Assembly (NCBI RefSeq): GCF_001194135.2
Contig: NC_068993.1
Location: forward strand, 28,824,672-28,888,671
Length of the DNA: 64,000 nucleotides
Direction: 5' to 3'
DNA from: Octopus bimaculoides
Taxonomy: Eukaryota
This document shows positions 24,015 through 35,830 of the stretch, piece by piece. Each line of letters opens with the position of its first letter. Positions within the stretch are counted from its first letter, which is position 1. Both the position numbers and the translations under genes were made by a program. A model generated the notes under the pieces. It had not been told where the DNA came from and searched no databases. It saw only the letters and a list, made by a program, of their open reading frames with translations.

Positions 24015-25870
24015 CAAAGGGAAATATCTCTTTATTACCCACTAGGGGCTAAACAAAGAAGGGGACAAACACAATTGGGGAACTAAAATTATAATACAGA
24101 TGTATAAAGAAAGAAAAAAAAAACAAAACGAATGAATTATGGAAAAGATGATACAATGAGGTGGAATGCCCACTCGACCCCTGAAGTCGAGTGGTTAGAT
24201 TGCAACCGTTTTCTTTTTAATTGATCCACCTTAAGTCTAGCAGTTCAATGCCATAGTCCTGTTTAAGTTCAGTATAACAAATGCTTTTCGGCAACTTGTC
24301 TCTATCACCTTTTACTTTCCACAATTCAATCCCTTTATTGTTTTTCACTATTTCCTTTTGTTCCTCATTCAACAAATAACACGTCGCGGCCTTACCATCC
24401 TCCCAGAGTTCCACCTCAACCACATCCTTCTACTCTTTTACCTGTTTCATCAAGTCATCCTCCATGTCCTCATACAGAAGGCAAGCAAAACAAACAGGGG
24501 GAGGGGGAACCTTATTTCCATCGTGTGTGTTTGTATCTNNNNNNNNNNNNNNNNNNNNNNNNNNNNNNNNNNNNNNNNNNNNNNNNNNNNNNNNNNNNNN
24601 NNNNNNNNNNNNNNNNNNNNNNNNNNNNNNNNNNNNNNNNNNNNNNNNNNNNNNNNNNNNNNNNNNNNNNNNNNNNNNNNNNNNNNNNNNNNNNNNNNNN
24701 NNNNNNNNNNNNNNNNNNNNNNNNNNNNNNNNNNNNNNNNNNNNNNNNNNNNNNNNNNNNNNNNNNNNNNNNNNNNNNNNNNNNNNNNNNNNNNNNNNNN
24801 NNNNNNNNNNNNNNNNNNNNNNNNNNNNNNNNNNNNNNNNNNNNNNNNNNNNNNNNNNNNNNNNNNNNNNNNNNNNNNNNNNNNNNNNNNNNNNNNNNNN
24901 NNNNNNNNNNNNNNNNNNNNNNNNNNNNNNNNNNNNNNNNNNNNNNNNNNNNNNNNNNNNNNNNNNNNNNNNNNNNNNNNNNNNNNNNNNNNNNNNNNNN
25001 NNNNNNNNNNNNNNNNNNNNNNNNNNNNNNNNNNNNNNNNNNNNNNNNNNNNNNNNNNNNNNNNNNNNNNNNNNNNNNNNNNNNNNNNNNNNNNNNNNNN
25101 NNNNNNNNNNNNNNNNNNNNNNNNNNNNNNNNNNNNNNNNNNNNNNNNNNNNNNNNNNNNNNNNNNNNNNNNNNNNNNNNNNNNNNNNNNNNNNNNNNNN
25201 NNNNNNNNNNNNNNNNNNNNNNNNNNNNNNNNNNNNNNNNNNNNNNNNNNNNNNNNNNNNNNNNNNNNNNNNNNNNNNNNNNNAGTACAAGTTCTTCATC
25301 CTTCAATGAAGTTTCCGCATACTTCTTTACCGTGTCTCCGTTTGTGAATCTCACCTCCACTTAACCAAATTTCGGCCCTCTGGCAAGATATGATATTTCT
25401 TGCCAGATTGGCCTCAGCACCTTCTCCACCTGCGCCGTCAACATATGGTCTACCTTGCCTTTCTTAATTGAGAATGTTTTGTACATAATAGTTCTGCCTT
25501 TCATACTTTTTGTTATTTTGAGCGGAGGGGTCACATTAACGTTGTAACCGTCACGCTTCAACAATGTCTTATATTTCTTTGTGTCAATTTCTACATTTTC
25601 CTCTTCTTTTCGGGCAACCTCCGCAAACTTCCTTTTATCGAGGTCCACGTCCATAGCGTCAACCGCTTTCAATGATTCTTCCTCAGATGACGAATACTCA
25701 GACCCGCTAAAGTCTGAGTAAAAGGTATTCCTTTTACTTTTAGCCATACCAACTCTCAAAGAGAGAACGTAAGACTACACCGCTGCAAAGCAGCACGCAA
25801 CAAATACAACAATCCTTTCTGAACGATATATCACCAATAACCCAAACCTTTACTGGCCAACTCACACTTT
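24015..25870 (-). mobile_element. Unit B: ORF1/gag-only unit (middle in N gap 24539-25283)
   Basis: N-terminus MAKSKRN...TIMYKTFSIKKGKV...RPIWQEISYLARGPKFG*VEVRF; C-terminus PPPPVCFACLLYE...GIELLDLRWIN. 3' UTR nearly identical to unit C. Confidence 0.7.
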
Positions 25871-25886
25871 GAACATCAAGATATGC

Positions 25887-27388
25887 ACAAAGGGAAATAT
25901 CTCTTTATTACCCACTAGGGGCTAAACAAAGAAGGGGACAAACACAATCAGGGAACTAAAATTATAAAATGGAGGTATAAAGAAAGAAACAAAATAAAAG
26001 AAAAGAATGAATTATGAAAAAGATGATATAATGAGGCGGAATGCTCACTCGACCCCAGACGTCGAGTGGTTACATTGATACCGTTTTGTTGTTCAATGCC
26101 TTAAATCTAGCAGTTCAATTCCATAGTCCTCTTTCAGTTTAGTATAATTAATCTTTTTTGGCAACTAGTCTCTATCGCCAATGACTTTCCACCAATCAAT
26201 GCCTTTATCATTCTTTTTTACTATTTCACATTGTTCTTTGTTTACCATATAACTCATCGTAGTCTCACCATCATCATCCAAGAATTCTACTTCCACCATA
26301 TCCTTCCACTCGTTCAACCGTTTTACCGTGTCATCTCCCGCGTTCTCATACAGAACGCAAGCAAAACAAATAGGGGGAGGGGAAATCTTATTTTCATCGT
26401 GTGTATTTGTATTTTTTTCTGTTTTCTTGTTGGAGGGGATTGGGTAGGTTTGGTGTCTGTATTGGGAGGGTGAGGTGAAAAGGGAGCGGATGGGCACTGG
26501 GTGGGTTGGGGTTCACAATTACTTTCTTTCTTTTTCTTTTTTTCCTCCTCACTGCTGTTTCCCATTCCTTATTTCCTGGAGTTTCTTTTTCCACTTCTTC
26601 TTGTCTCCTCTCTTGTGGTGGTGGCTGTCGCTCCTCTACCATTTTGGGTGGTGTAGGGTAGTTCGCTCTTATGTGGTCCTTCAGGCCACATTTGAAGCAA
26701 CGTGGAACTCTTCCTTCTACCCTAACAGTCATAGTTATTTCATCCATGGTTATAGATTCTGTAATCTTTTCTACCGTTTCTTTTGACCCTTGGACTATCA
26801 TCTCCAATTGCTGACCTCTCCAGTTAATGCAGTCTTTTATTCTTGGCCTGGAGCACTACTATGTTGTCCTCATTACCACAGAGGACCGTATCTGCCACCC
26901 AGGACACATCAATCTCCGGTGGGATTCCTTCCACTGTGATCCTTGTCGCTCTCCTGCCTCTATACGTGGGCAACAGCACCACTTCTTCACTTCGAATTGT
27001 TGAAGCTGCATGTTTCCTTGCTGCTGCCGCATTCCGGAACCTTACTTCTACTGTTCCAAAAGTGGAACCTTTAGCCAGGTATGTTATATCATCCCAAATC
27101 TGCCTCAACGCCTGTTCTATTTTCTCTGTCGTGACGACATCAATTTTTCCTTTATTTATCGAATAGGTTCGATAGTTTATCGTTTTCTGCCTTATTCCGT
27201 CTTTTACTTCTTGCGGGGGCTTCAGCTTCACTTCGAACCCGTCTTGTGTCATTTCTCCTTTATGCTTTCCTAGTTCGCCAATATTCAGTTCCATCTCCTT
27301 ACACCTTGCTGCATCAGCAAAATTCCTGTTCTCTGTTGTCAGCATTTGGTCCATTAATTTCACAGCCTTCCGCAACTCTTCATTGGAT
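25887..27388 (-). mobile_element. Unit C: ORF1/gag-only unit (5' end runs into N gap)
   Basis: TINYRTYSINKGKI...RQIWDDITYLAKGSTFGTVEVRF...LLPTYRGRRATRITVEGIPPEIDVSWV...VEGRVPRCFKCGLKDHIRANY (last Cys mutated), RRKKRKRKK, PPPICFACVLYE...GIELLDLR. Confidence 0.78.
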
Positions 27389-28253
27389 NNNNNNNNNNNN
27401 NNNNNNNNNNNNNNNNNNNNNNNNNNNNNNNNNNNNNNNNNNNNNNNNNNNNNNNNNNNNNNNNNNNNNNNNNNNNNNNNNNNNNNNNNNNNNNNNNNNN
27501 NNNNNNNNNNNNNNNNNNNNNNNNNNNNNNNNNNNNNNNNNNNNNNNNNNNNNNNNNNNNNNNNNNNNNNNNNNNNNNNNNNNNNNNNNNNNNNNNNNNN
27601 NNNNNNNNNNNNNNNNNNNNNNNNNNNNNNNNNNNNNNNNNNNNNNNNNNNAATCTTCGAGGTTTCAAATCACCCTAACACAAACTATTACACTTGTTAT
27701 TATCTATTGCTTTTAAATTTATTTTTATTTCTATACAGTTTCAAGAAGGTGGAGGAAAACTTATGGTTGCAGAAGGGGATTACCTCGGTGAACTTATTTA
27801 TGGTTTTTGGTCCAAAAGACCTGAGTATCGCAAGGGATTCCCTAATACATAAAGAACATTTACTAATATTTGCCTTAAAGTAGGGGGCCCTCGATATAAC
27901 AGACCATTCAAGAGAGTACTTTATATTCTTCTTCTTTCATGCACTGTCAGGGACGAGAACAAACTAGATAGGTTTTATACAGGATGCATGAAGAACTTTA
28001 AGGCTAGATATAGAGCGCATATGAGTTTGTTTACAATTGAAAAATACCGTAACTCTACCACACTCGCCTCTTATTTACATGACCTCAATTTGATTATCTA
28101 TATTTGCTCTTTTATAAAAATTATTTTTCCCTTTGTGCATGCATAATTCTTTTTGAATTGTGTACATGATTTTGGATATTGTTACCTCATAAGTGGAGTA
28201 TTTAATTTGATTTTGATTGTTGTACTGTGTTTTGTTAATTTTATTGTTAATTT

Positions 28254-28545
28254 TTGGAAAAATTGTCACAGTTGGTGAAACCTGCAACGGTTTCCCCGTG
28301 TAGGGAAACCTACACGATGGCAGAAATGAGGAGCGAACTAACAGAACAAGAAATCAAAAGAATATGTGAGATAGAATTAATTCCGGACGAAGATGAACAA
28401 CTGAGAATTATAAGAAATCAGCCAGCAACGTTGAAAAGAAATATAGATGTAAAAAGCCTTAAAACAAAGGAATCAAATGAAAAAGAAAAGGAAAAAACGA
28501 CAAGAAAAAAGTTAGACTTTGCAGCGGTGGCTGGTGCCAAACAAG
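28254..28545 (+). pseudogene. Possible N-terminal fragment of a related ORF1-like element
   Basis: Charged open frame ending KKLDFAAVAG, similar to KRKFAEVAR / RNFADAAR / TSYAAAAG in units B/C/A. Weak similarity only. Confidence 0.3.
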
Positions 28546-28549
28546 ACCT

Positions 28550-29400
28550 CTTCCCAAGCGACCCTAGATTTCACTGTGGATGCTGAAGATAATCAACTGC
28601 CACTGCAAGGCCTACTTGCATGGCAACATAAATGAGTACCACTGGTTCAACCAAATATGCAACAACACCATTACAAATGACCGAAAGAAGCTCTGGGTGG
28701 AAGAAGCCAAGCATTTGGTGGCAGCAGCAAGGAACAATGAGATCAGCAAGGTATATAACATGCTCTGTAGAGCCTGTGCCAATCCCAGTTCAAGATAGCC
28801 TTAGTGAAGGATACTAATGGCAATGTCATCACCGCAAAAACTGCATGCTTCAAACACTGGAAGGAACAGTTCAGCCTTCTTCTCCATCGCCCACCTGACC
28901 AAATTGATCCCAGCCTAACCATTACTGCAGACACAGCTGCAACCAACAACACTTGTAAACTCGATCCTGCTACCCCTGATGAAGTCAGTTCTGCCCTGAA
29001 GAAGCTCAACAACTGCAGAGCCCCCAGAATCTGCATTATTATCATGGAGATGTTGAAGGCAGGCAGAGAAAATTTGGTCCATTGACTCACTCACATCATC
29101 AACCATGTATGGGTATTAGAGCAACTCCCAAATGACTGGACCTGAAGCCATCATCCTCCCCTTCTGGAAATAGAAGGGCAACAAACTCTTCTACAGTAAC
29201 CACAGGAGCCATCACCCTCCTCTTCATCCTAGCCAAGCTCTTCACCAGGATCATTCTCAACCATGCAATTTCTGCAGTTAGAAGCAGATGCTACCCACAA
29301 CAAGCCAGATTCATGCGAATCAATCTACTGCCAACCATATTTTTGCCTTTTGTCTCATTGTTGTAAGATCTCAGGAGTTCTGCAAAGATATGTTTGTTTT
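28550..29400 (+). mobile_element. RTE-type LINE internal fragment (second family)
   Basis: KDTNGNVIT...HWKEQFSLLL...EVSSALKKLNNCRAPRICIIIMEMLKAG, followed by a frameshifted LPNDW / IILPFWK..KG..SNHR region. Confidence 0.75.
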
Positions 29401-29439
29401 AGTGCTTTCACCAACTCCGAGGAAAAGATTCTTTTGGTA

Positions 29440-29760
29440 GAGTTGGTAGTAACAGTGGAAGGTGTCATGGGGTAGAAAGCTTTGAAGTGGCTTGAATTTC
29501 TACACACAAAACATTGAGTTTTCTGCCTTCTGTTAACACCAGCATCTGCTTCCTTTCTCCAAAACAGAAAAAAATCAAGAATGCAAGTGACTTCCTTAGG
29601 GGCAACCAGTTTCCAGAATTCCATAAGAATCTCATCTCTGTTGAGTTGGTGGAGTGGATTTCACTTACACATTCTCCCCATGTTCCTCCAGTATTACTAA
29701 AACTCTTGCCAGATCTCTATGAGCTGGCACATTCTTAAATCAAATTGAGCTAACCACCTA
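29440..29760 (-). pseudogene. ORF1-like zinc-knuckle fragment related to units A/C
   Basis: Across a frameshift: MLVLTEGRK-TQCFVCRNSSHFKAFYP, compared with VVEGRPPVCFTCGERGHMKAWC and VEGRVPRCFKCGLKDHIRANYP. Confidence 0.55.
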
Positions 29761-29804
29761 CCCTTATAAAAAGGCATCATAAAATTTTAGGAAGTGTACG
29801 TTAT

Positions 29805-30041
29805 CTTTTATCTTTTACTTGTTTCAGTCATTAGAGTATGGCCATGCTGTGGCATCACCTTGAAAAATTTTTAATTGAATGCATCAACCCTAGTACTCAT
29901 TTTTTTCTCTTTCACTTTAAGCCTGGTACTTATTTTATTAGTGTCTTTACTGAATCACTGAGTTGCAAGGACATAAACACACTAACATCAGTTGTCAAGT
30001 GGTGGTGGGGGACAAATTCTGACTCAAAGACACACGCACAC

Positions 30042-30084
<43 letters not shown>

Positions 30085-30090
30085 GGCTTT
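29805..30090 (-). mobile_element. SINE 3' half with (CA)n
   Basis: ttttacttgtttcagtcattagagtatggccatgctg...; same tail family as 8541-8943. Confidence 0.65.
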
Positions 30091-30269
30091 TTCAGTTCCC
30101 TGTGTGACAAATTTATTTCAACTCCAACTAGCCTGCCTTTAACATTATGTTCTACTGCCATGGCAATGATGGCATTTGAAATTAGACCTTTGAAATACTC
30201 TTCACCATTGATTATTATCATTGTTAAGTTCTGACATTTAAAAAATTTTGTAAGATTCTGAAATCTTTG

Positions 30270-33200
30270 GGTTTTTTACAGGTAATTCAAAATAAATATC
30301 AACATAGATACCCTCTTAATGGGGGTGCCTCTAAACAAAAATATCACCATCACAATCTGGACAATGTTTGCTGCATATGTACTGACTGCCTTCATAAGAT
30401 CATTTATATCTGTAACATTTACTACCTCCACATGATTGGTTATCGTATTTATTCTATCCACTATTGATTTCAATCTTCCTCGGTTAATTTTCTTATTTTC
30501 TGAGAACTCTCTCTTCTGTGCAATTTCTATGATCTCTTTCAAAGTTTGTTGTTCTTTGTTGTTTAATTGTTCTACATGTGTTAATGAAATGTCAGTTTCA
30601 GAATGAATTTAATTTCTTCTTTTCCCTCCTGTAGCTTCTTCACCCATATTTTGTTCATTATGTTTATCTTCAGTTGGTACTTCAATTTGGACTTCATTGA
30701 TTTTCCTCCTTATGGTTTTGAGCTCTAACTCAGTTAATCATTGGTTTTTGTGGATTGCTCTGGCTTGGTCACTCAGTCTTTGTTTTGTTGTTTCAAGCAG
30801 GCCTCACTCAGACCACTCTCAGAACATCATCCATCTATATCCTCTCTTTAGAACTCCATTTTCATCAACTGGGTTGGTCCTGTAATAGCAGAGGTTTTAG
30901 AGCGATTTGTGGAGTAGTAGAAAGGCACATAAATTGGATGCAAATTGGCTTAATGAACTGAAGCAAGAATTAACAGGTAGGGTCCAACACAAAGTTAGTA
31001 TCACACAAAAAATGGCCAAGATGCAGTGCTGCAAAATTCCTAATCGGAAGGCTCCTGGAGGTAATGGAGTTCAAGGGTACTGGATCAAGAAGCTTACAGC
31101 ATGCATGAAAAGATCACAGTGGAATTCAATGAAACTTTAAATAGCTCAAAGCCATTGCCCTCATGGATAAGACTTGTGGGGGACAGTGCTTTGTCTGAAG
31201 AATGCATCAAAAAAGGAATGCAGTAGACAATTTCCACCCTATTTTTTGCCTTCTAATTTTCTAAGTTTTTTGAAGTTATTGACAGGCATCTTGTCACAAA
31301 GCATATATTCCTTCTTGGAAAAAGAAAACATCCTTCCATAAGAACAAAAAGGTCGTAAACGAAGAAGTAGAGAAATAAAAGATCAGCTCTTGATTGATAA
31401 AGCCATTCTCAGAGATTACAAAAGAAGACTGTCAACCTTTCAATGGCATGGATTGAATGCTGAAAGGCATATGACCTCGTTTCCCATTCATGGAAAGTAG
31501 TGTGTCTGGCCCTTTTTGGAGTAGCCAATAATATAAGAGAATTTATTCAGCAGTAGATGGAGAGTTGGAAAGTTGCGTTAACGTCATGTGGTAAAGTGCT
31601 TCGAGAGGTCACAATCAAGAGAGGGATTTTTCAGAGCAAAAGCCTATCACCACTTTTATTTGTCCTGTGCATGACTCCTTTGTTTATTTTACTGAGAAAG
31701 ACTAGCCTTATTTATAAGTAGGGACAAAACCTTAAAGTTAACCATTTTTTATTTATGGATGACTTGAAGTTGTTTGGAAAGAACCAGCCACAAGTAGACT
31801 TATTGATCAAAACAGTACACCTGTTCAGTGAGGTCATAGGAATGGCGTTCAGGTTAAAGAAATGTGGAGTTCTAATACTTCAAAGAAGAGAGGTGGTGAG
31901 AACTGAAGTGATAGAACTACCAGATGGAAGTGTCATAAGGGATGTTGAAGAGAGTTGGTGTAAGTACTTTGGCATCCTGAAGGCTGACAGAATAAGAGAT
32001 AAACCAGATGAACTGAGAAATGAGGAATAAAATGACTATGTATGGAGCTTTACACTCTAAAAGTAACATGCACAGGATACACTTATCACAAAAAGATGGC
32101 GGAAGAAGTATGACAGGTTGCGAAGATTGCAAAAGAAGTGAAGAAAATAGTCTTGGTTGGTATATTCAGAACAGCACAGAACCATTACTCATGGGAGTTA
32201 AACTGGATGGGATCATAGAAACAGAGTTGTGTACCAACAAAGAAGAGTTCAAGAAAAATGCAGTTGAAAAGAAAGTTGCAAGGTTGCAAGACAAGGCGAT
32301 ACATGGACAGTTCCTAAGAGATGTAGATACTCTAATTTTTGGAAAGATATGATGGGGTACCCAAATGAAACCGGAATTTTGCAATATTATTTTATTCACT
32401 TAGCTTTACATATTTAAACTTTATCGCCTTCAAAGTATCTCCATTTGAAGCAATGCACTAGTCCAGATGTATTTTCCACTGTTTGAAGCAATCCTAGAAC
32501 TTTTGCGAAGTGATGCCTTTTAATGCCTCTGTTGTTTTATTCTTCACCTCTTCCACATCTGCAAAACGTTTTCCTTTAAGGACTTTTTTCATTTGGGAGA
32601 ACAAAAAAATGTTGCCGGGAGTAAGATCAGGTGAATAGGGAGGGTGGGTAAATGTGGTCATGCTGTTTTTGGTCAAAAACTGTTTCACACTCAAGGAACA
32701 GTGTCATGATGAAACCACTACTCACCACTTTGCCACTGCTTGGAGTGTTTCGCCATGTCTTGCAAATGCTTCAGAACTTCCAATTAAAATGTCTGGTTAA
32801 CAGTTTGATCAGTAGGAGCAAATACTATGTGGACAATATTTTTTGCATCAATGAAACAAATTAGCATTGTCTTGACATTGGACTTCATTTGATGCACTTT
32901 TTGGGGGTGTGGTGACATTGAATGCTTCCATTGACTTGATTGCTGTTTTGTTTCTGGGTCGTAGCCATCACACCAGCTTTCATCACCAGTGATGACCTTC
33001 AAAAGAAGGTCCAGATCAATTTCCAACTGTTCTTTCATTTCACGACATGCATTCAGTCATGACTGCTTTTGATGTGTAAGCAAGTGAGGCATAAATTTTG
33101 CTGCAACTCTTTTCATTTGCAATTCCTTGCTCAAAATTCATTAGGAGGAGCTCCAGGACATGCCAGTCATATCAACAAGTTCATCAATTATTTGGTGATG

Positions 33201-34392
33201 GTCCTCCAAGATCAGTTCATGAATTTTCAAGATGTTTCCATTTGTTCAGGAGGTCAACAGTCACCCTGGATGAGGCTGGTCTTCAAGTGACAAGTGACCA
33301 TTCCTAATGTATGAAAACCGCTCATAAGCTTGTGCTTTGCTCATGGCAGCATGTAAGCTGTTTGAAGCATGACAACTGTTTCAGCTACCATTTTCCCCAG
33401 CAGAAAACAGAATTTCATGGAAGCATGCTGTCCCTTCATTTCAGCCATCACAAGAATCGACAAGCAAGGGAGAATCACTGCACAACAAAGATGCACCATG
33501 TGATAGTATGACCTCAGCTGAAACCGCTGGGCAGCAAACTGATGCCTAAGGGTTACAACAAGTGGGTTCTAGTGGCGGAAGCCTGAACAACATCAGGTTT
33601 GTCCCACAGATTGTTTCTGATTACTTTTGGGTACACATACACACACACATGAGACACGGGCCTGGATGAGTAAGGGTGATTTGAAAGAAGGGACTGAAGC
33701 TCTTATTTGTGCTGCTCATGAGTAAGCATTAAGAACTAACTACATAAAGTTCCAGATTGACAAAATGATCAAATCGCCATTGTTTGGAGAAATCACAAAC
33801 CACATTGTATGTGAATGTAGCTCTTTGGCACAGCAGGGGTTCATGACAATGTTACTCGAGTTGTACATTGGTTTTTATGCAGGAAATACAACTTGGAATG
33901 AGCTGACAGATGGTCTGAACACCAGCAACTTGCTGTAATGGAAAACGGTATGGTGAAATTGCTATAGGATTTCAATGAGCAATGTGACAATGTGATTGAG
34001 GCAAGAAGACCTGATGGGATCCTGATTGAGAAAGAAGAAAGACAAGGCTAAATTATTGACATCACTATCTCTAGAGGACAAAGTGGAGAGGTACCAAGAT
34101 CTGAAGCATGAGGTAGCATGTTTGTGGGAACTGAGGAAGTGGAAGTTATACCTATTTTGAAAGGGGCACTTGGAACCATGACAAACCAATTTCAGATGTG
34201 GCTTGGCAAACTATCAAGACTGAGATGCTTCAGAAAACAGCACTACTTGGAACAGCTAGGATTTTGAGAAGAGTAATGTCAATGTAACTGGAATGAGAAA
34301 GTTGACAGGACCCATGGTCATTAATTATGACCCACTCCTGATCAAAAGATATTGACATCAGTCTGAAATATGATAATAATAACAATAATAAT
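30270..34392 (+). mobile_element. R4/Dong-clade non-LTR retrotransposon (RT + restriction-like endonuclease), decayed, inverted 5' segment, interrupted by mariner
   Basis: KAPGGNGVQGYWIKK, KDQLLIDKAIL, FMDDLKLFGK, YGALHSKSNMHRIHLSQKDGGRS, KGDLKEGTEALICAA, RPD..IID RLE region at about 33990-34130, TALLGTARILRRV. Ends in (TAA)n at 34370-34392. Confidence 0.88.
32351..33638 (-). mobile_element. mariner (Tc1/mariner) DNA transposon, full length, decayed
   Basis: ITGDESWCDGYDPETKQQSSQW, HPPYSPDLTPGNIFLF. Degenerate TIRs ggggtacccaaa.gaaaccgg / tgattacttttgggtac. Confidence 0.92.
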
Positions 34393-35132
34393 GAGCACTC
34401 AGAGAGCGCAAACCTCTGCCAAGGCAACATGAATGTCCTCTCAACAATTAGCTGGAAATGATTTTTAAAATGAGAATATCTGAAATAAACTGGACTGCTC
34501 TCACAAACGTGAATACTAAAAATGAACCTGATCGCTCTCAAATGGAAAAATAATCCAAATATATATATATTGAGTGAGAGGTGAAGGGAGAGGAGATGAA
34601 ATACTAATACAGTGAAGGAGTAGTAAGAGTAATAGCCATGACTGAGAGGGAGTGAGAGAAAGTAATGACAATGAGAAATACGAAACAAAGCGGCAAAGAA
34701 AGTGTTGTACAAATGAGAAAGGAAGGGTGATCGATGAATAACGAAGGAAGGAGTGAAAAAGACGATAAATGATGTTTGAAGTATGTAAAAGAGAAGTATG
34801 TTTGCATGTGTGTGTGTGTGTACAATGGAAATGGGATGATAATGTTCAACACTGAAAATGTGTGAGTGTATGTGTGTGCATGTACAATTGAACTATATGA
34901 AACTTTGCATATACATGTAAAGTAAAAGAAAATCAGAAAAATAATCTAGAATCCTTGTCAGGTACTGGGTCAACCCCAAAATCTAATGAAACCGTGCCAG
35001 TCACAAGGCCAAACATCCCTGAAAGTTTCTGAATCCATCCAGCAGTTCTTGAGATATCTTGTCCATGGACAAACAAACAAACAAACATGAGTGAAAACAA
35101 TACCTCCGCCTTTGCTAAGGCAGAGGTAATAA
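34392..35132. mobile_element. Probable Helentron-associated non-autonomous element (DINE/HINE-like)
   Basis: acctctgccaaggc near the left end, (CAAA)n core, terminal hairpin acctccgcc-tttgcta-aggcagaggt near 35102-35128. Confidence 0.45.
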
Positions 35133-35134
35133 TC

Positions 35135-35830
35135 TTGGCCTGAAATTTTGAAGGAGGGGGTGCTTGTCAATTGCATTGATCCCAGTACTTGACAGTATTT
35201 ATTTCATCAACCCCAAAAAATGAAAAGCAAAGTTGACTTCAAGTAGCATTTGAATAATAATATTATCCTTTCTACTATAGGCATAAGGCCTTAAGTTGTT
35301 TTTTGGGGGTGGGGAGTCGATTATTTTGACATCAGGTTCAACTTGCATTTGTTTTATCAATCCCCAAAGAATAAAAGATAAAGTTAACCTTGGAAGGAAT
35401 TTGAGCTCAAGAGAGAAAGAGATGGAAAAAAATGCTGCTAAATGACATGCTAATGATTCTGTTAGACCAGAAATTTTGTTGGGGAGGTAACAGTCAATTA
35501 AATTGACATAAATCATATACAGGTGTTGATTAAATCAACTCTAGTACTTGATTAATATTTTATTTTATTGACCTCAGAAGGATGATGGATTATTTTGAAT
35601 GGAAAGAGCCAAAATAAATACCACAAGTTATATTATCTCTTGCTTTAAGGATTCTGTCAATCTAATAATGATTATAATAATTGTTGTTGATATAGACACA
35701 AGGCTTGAAATTTAGGGGATGTGTTTAGTTGATTAAATTAACTCCTATACTTGACTGCTACTTTATTTTATTGACCTCCAGATGAACGAAAGGCAAAGTT
35801 GACTTTGGTAGGATTTGAACTTAGAGCATA
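35135..35830 (-). repeat. Three degraded SINE fragments of the 36769 family
   Basis: Repeated aaagttgac(t/c)tt..gg..ttga motifs at about 35230, 35385 and 35795. Confidence 0.6.
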
